A stretch of DNA of 64,000 bases, taken from the NCBI GenBank assembly GCA_044869265.1, contig JBIOXD010000048.1, positions 16,002 through 80,001 of the forward strand, written 5' to 3'. Made by a program: the position numbers and the translations under genes. The notes below the pieces were generated by a model. It was not told where the DNA came from. It saw only the letters and a program-made list of their open reading frames with translations, and did not search any database. The stretch is from Gemmatimonadales bacterium. Lineage in GTDB: Bacteria > Gemmatimonadota > Gemmatimonadetes > Gemmatimonadales > GWC2-71-9. This document shows, piece by piece, positions 61,460-64,000 of the stretch; position 1 is the stretch's first letter, and the number at the start of each line of letters is the position of its first letter.

Positions 61460-62631
61460 CGCTTTTCGAACGACACCTGGGTCACACGCCGGCGATCCAC
61501 CCGCTCGACCACCACGCGATGCCCGTCGATCGTCAATTCATCACCCGGGCGGGGCACCCGGCCCAGCACCGAATAGACGAGCCCGCCAACGGTGGAGACC
61601 TCGGTGTGCGCGAAGGTGGCGCCGAGTGCCGCGGAGAGCTCGTCGAGACTGACGCTGCCGTCAACCCAGACCCGGGCGCCTTCATGGCGGATCGTCGGAG
61701 CGATGTCCGTGTCATGCTCGTCGCGTATCTCGCCGACGATTTCCTCGAGAATGTCTTCGCGCGTGATGAGTCCCGAGGTACCGCCAAATTCGTCCACGAC
61801 GATCGCGATATGCGCGGGTGTGGTTTGAAAGTCGCGCAACTGGTTGTCCAGGGTCTTGGTCTCCGGCACGAATGCCGCTGGGCGGATCAGCGTTTGCCAG
61901 CGAGTGCCCGGGTCGGCGAGACCCATGGCAATCGGCACGAGATCCTTGGCGAACACCACGCCCGCAACATTGTCCGGCGAGCCGTCGAGCACCGGAAGCC
62001 GGGTGTGCTGGCTTTGCCGGAATGTCTCGAGCACCTCGTCGTTGGAGGCGCTTAAATCGACGCTCGTCATGTCGAGTCGTGGCGTCATGACTTCGTCGAC
62101 GGTGGTATCGGCCAGCGTGAAGACCCCCAGCAGCATGTCGCGCTGCGCGATCCCGAGCGAGGGCTGGAGTGGCCGGGGTGTTTGGACCAGTATGTGGAGC
62201 CCGCGGTCCGCCCACGCCAGCAACCACAGGAGCGGGCCGAACGGCGCGAGGGTGCGGCGCGCGAGCGGAAGCGCGGCATCGGACAGCTCCGGGGCCAGAC
62301 GGGCCACGCTGCGCGGCAATGCATCGCCGATAACGAACAGGAGGAGGGTGCTGACCACGAGGGCGACCAACGCCGCGGCCCACGGCTGTGTCCACCACGC
62401 AACGGCAAACGCCGTCGCGACGGCGCCCAGCACGAGGAGCGCCAGACGGGCGACATGCAAGGCACGGTGCAGCGGCACGCGACGCTCGGCGGCCATGGGC
62501 GGGGCGTCGCCGAGTGTGTGGAGCGCCTCGCCGACCGCCGCTTCCTCCGCCAAGGCGAGCAGGGCGGACCAGATGGCAGCCCCCAGGGCCACCGCCAGCC
62601 CGATGAAGCGCAGCGCCGCTTCGGTGAGCAT
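61456..62631 (-). CDS. CNNM/CorC-family transporter, second paralog
   Basis: 391 aa. Same architecture (TM region, CBS pair, DEFGGTSGLITREDILEEIVGEIRDE, ...DGHRVVVERVDRRRV). 4-nt overlap with the downstream paralog. Confidence 0.82.
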   Translation of the reverse strand: MLTEAALRFIGLAVALGAAIWSALLALAEEAAVGEALHTLGDAPPMAAERRVPLHRALHVARLALLVLGAVATAFAVAWWTQPWAAALVALVVSTLLLFVIGDALPRSVARLAPELSDAALPLARRTLAPFGPLLWLLAWADRGLHILVQTPRPLQPSLGIAQRDMLLGVFTLADTTVDEVMTPRLDMTSVDLSASNDEVLETFRQSQHTRLPVLDGSPDNVAGVVFAKDLVPIAMGLADPGTRWQTLIRPAAFVPETKTLDNQLRDFQTTPAHIAIVVDEFGGTSGLITREDILEEIVGEIRDEHDTDIAPTIRHEGARVWVDGSVSLDELSAALGATFAHTEVSTVGGLVYSVLGRVPRPGDELTIDGHRVVVERVDRRRVTQVSFEKR

Positions 62632-63053
62632 TAGCGACTACGTAGCAGGCGCTGCACGTAACGCTCCTGCCGGCGCCACATCACGGACCGCGTACGACCG
62701 GGACCTTCGGGATGCTCGTAGCCGAGCACGTGCAGTGTGCCGTGAACCACGAGTCGGACCAGCTCTTCCTTGAGGCCGACTCCATTGCCCGCGACACGCG
62801 CCGCAGCCTGCGGGCAGATGTACACGTCGCCGACGAGTCGGCCGTCGGGCTGCGGCAGCGGATAGGCGATCACGTCCGTGAGGCCGCGTCGTCCCGTCGC
62901 GCGCCGATTCAGGCGACGCATGGCGACGGCGGATAGCAATGTGATGTCCACATGCGAATGCGCGGGCGCGCGTTCCCATGCCAGCACCCGTTGCGCGACA
63001 CGCTCGAGGCTAACGTGCCGCCGCCGGTTGCCAAGTCGCGCCGATGCCGCCAC
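62631..63053 (-). CDS. ybeY: rRNA maturation endoribonuclease YbeY
   Basis: 140 aa. Zinc motif HGTLHVLGYEH. The start may be an internal codon, since the annotated start overlaps the upstream gene by 44 nt. Confidence 0.88.
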   Translation of the reverse strand: MAASARLGNRRRHVSLERVAQRVLAWERAPAHSHVDITLLSAVAMRRLNRRATGRRGLTDVIAYPLPQPDGRLVGDVYICPQAAARVAGNGVGLKEELVRLVVHGTLHVLGYEHPEGPGRTRSVMWRRQERYVQRLLRSR

Positions 63054-64000
63054 TGGACTCCGGATAATCGATGCGGTTGTGGTACATCCCGCTGAGCACT
63101 ACCAGGAACGCCTGTTTCACCTGCTCGATCTGTTGCAGCGTGAGCGGTGCCTCATCGAGCTGTCCCGCGCTCACCTTGGTCCGGACGATATGATCGATCG
63201 CTTCCTCGATTTTTTGCGGCGTCAGGTCCTCGAGCACGCGCAGCGCCGCCTCGACCGAATCGGCGATCATCGCAATCGCGGTTTCCATGGACCGCGGCCT
63301 GGGCCCCGGATACATGAAATCCTCGGGTTTGCGCGGCTGTCCCCCGTCGATCTTTTTGGCCTTGTCGAGGAAGTAGGTGATCTCGGTCGTGCCATGATGC
63401 TCGGGAATGAAGGCGGCGACCGAGTCGGGCAGCTGGGCCTCCGCCGCCAGCGCGAGGCCATCGGTCACGTGCGCTTTGATGATCTGAGCCGACTGCAGCG
63501 GCTTCAACCGGTCGTGCGGGTTGTTGCCCGGAATCTGGTTTTCCACGAAGTACATCGGGTTCTTCACCTTCCCGACGTCGTGATAGTAGCAGCCGACGCG
63601 ACCGAGCAATCCATTCGCTCCGATACGGTTGCAGGCCGCTTCGACCAGATTGGCCATGGCCACGCTGTGGGCATACGTGCCGGGAGCTTCGAGTGAGAGG
63701 CGCCGGAGCAGCGGCCGGCTGGGGTCGGACAGCTCGAGCAGCGTCAGGTCGGTCGTGATGTGGGTGACCGACTCGGCGACGGGAAGCAGGAAAAAGGTGA
63801 GGCCGGCCGAGACCAGGCCATTCACGGCACCGAGCAGGCCGCGCAGCGCGATCTCTTCGATGCGCCAGCCGCCCGCGAGTCCCAGAGCGAGCGCGCCTGC
63901 GAGATACCCGGCGGCGATGATCAGCACGGGCGCGTAGAAGTTGCTGCGGCTCCGCAGGGTCCGCACGGAGAGCGCGGCCGTGACGCCGCCGACGATGCAC
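63010..64000 (-). CDS. 7TM-HD (PgpH/YqfF-like) HD-domain membrane phosphohydrolase; 5' end off window
   Basis: HD-domain motifs HSVAMANL, YYHDVGK, EHHGT. The frame stays open upstream of the listed start (..CIVGGVTAALSV..) to the window end. Classical position upstream of ybeY. Confidence 0.8.
   Translation of the reverse strand, partial: CIVGGVTAALSVRTLRSRSNFYAPVLIIAAGYLAGALALGLAGGWRIEEIALRGLLGAVNGLVSAGLTFFLLPVAESVTHITTDLTLLELSDPSRPLLRRLSLEAPGTYAHSVAMANLVEAACNRIGANGLLGRVGCYYHDVGKVKNPMYFVENQIPGNNPHDRLKPLQSAQIIKAHVTDGLALAAEAQLPDSVAAFIPEHHGTTEITYFLDKAKKIDGGQPRKPEDFMYPGPRPRSMETAIAMIADSVEAALRVLEDLTPQKIEEAIDHIVRTKVSAGQLDEAPLTLQQIEQVKQAFLVVLSGMYHNRIDYPESSGGIGATWQPAAAR

Noticed and set aside
1-64000. 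Integrase, transposase, phage or cas genes that could explain the island and the duplications.
   Set aside because: No ORF on either strand shows tyrosine/serine recombinase, DDE transposase, phage structural or Cas signatures by eye. Absence is therefore reported rather than a feature.

Overview
High-GC bacterial chromosomal window (about two-thirds G+C by eye). The gene style (paired M16 peptidases, paired amidohydrolases, many lipoproteins, rng-rplU-rpmA) resembles Gemmatimonadota/Acidobacteriota-type soil bacteria, but the taxon cannot be fixed from sequence alone. I support about 60 CDS, one tRNA, several pseudogenes and many short repeat arrays. All alignments, motif calls and coordinates were made by eye; no HMM, BLAST or folding was run. 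Layout: (1) 1-7.4 kb, minus-strand housekeeping genes (yicC, TonB-receptor-like OMP, pepA, icd, beta-propeller protein). (2) 7.4-13.3 kb, an accessory patch with a decayed DDAH gene, lipoproteins, and an integrase-less mini-island at tRNA-Leu(CAA). The island is three tandem cassettes, each carrying a copy of the tRNA 3' end and a small secreted beta-barrel-like paralog. (3) 13.4-14.9 kb, an ECF sigma / anti-sigma / CpxP-like operon. (4) 15.0-22.5 kb, a TetR-headed paa/beta-oxidation-like acyl-CoA operon with a lone diiron oxygenase. (5) 22.5-31.7 kb, a rearranged accessory region. A tandem duplication with a readable amidohydrolase|hbd joint has duplicated an Asp-box lipoprotein plus AraC-like regulator cassette and a RHH-MazF toxin-antitoxin module, and the two copies have decayed in opposite ways. 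(6) 31.7-37.9 kb, M16 peptidase pair and amidohydrolase pair. (7) 37.9-48.4 kb, rpmA-rplU-rng, a four-helix-bundle gene, acyl-CoA dehydrogenase, short RecQ, prolyl oligopeptidase, and a GroES-like/Zn-ribbon pair facing a membrane/VWA pair. (8) 48.4-60 kb, a long overlapping minus-strand operon (meaB, split methylmalonyl-CoA-type mutase, carboxyltransferase, large S8 peptidase, AtuA, crotonase, bacilliredoxin). An eRF1-like (GGQ-loop-like) protein sits between the two mutase subunits. (9) 60-64 kb, two CNNM/CorC transporters, ybeY and a 7TM-HD gene. A recurring small-scale feature is that intergenic spacers are built from short tandem repeats of 7, 8 or 10 nt, often exactly four units and often followed by the inverted array. 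No CRISPR array, rRNA, transposase or integrase was seen. Best candidates for something new: the tRNA-anchored cassette array, the eRF1-like gene in the mutase operon, the duplicated cassette region with the toxin-deleted TA copy, and the repeat-array architecture, including inverted decamer arrays around the four-helix-bundle gene next to rng.
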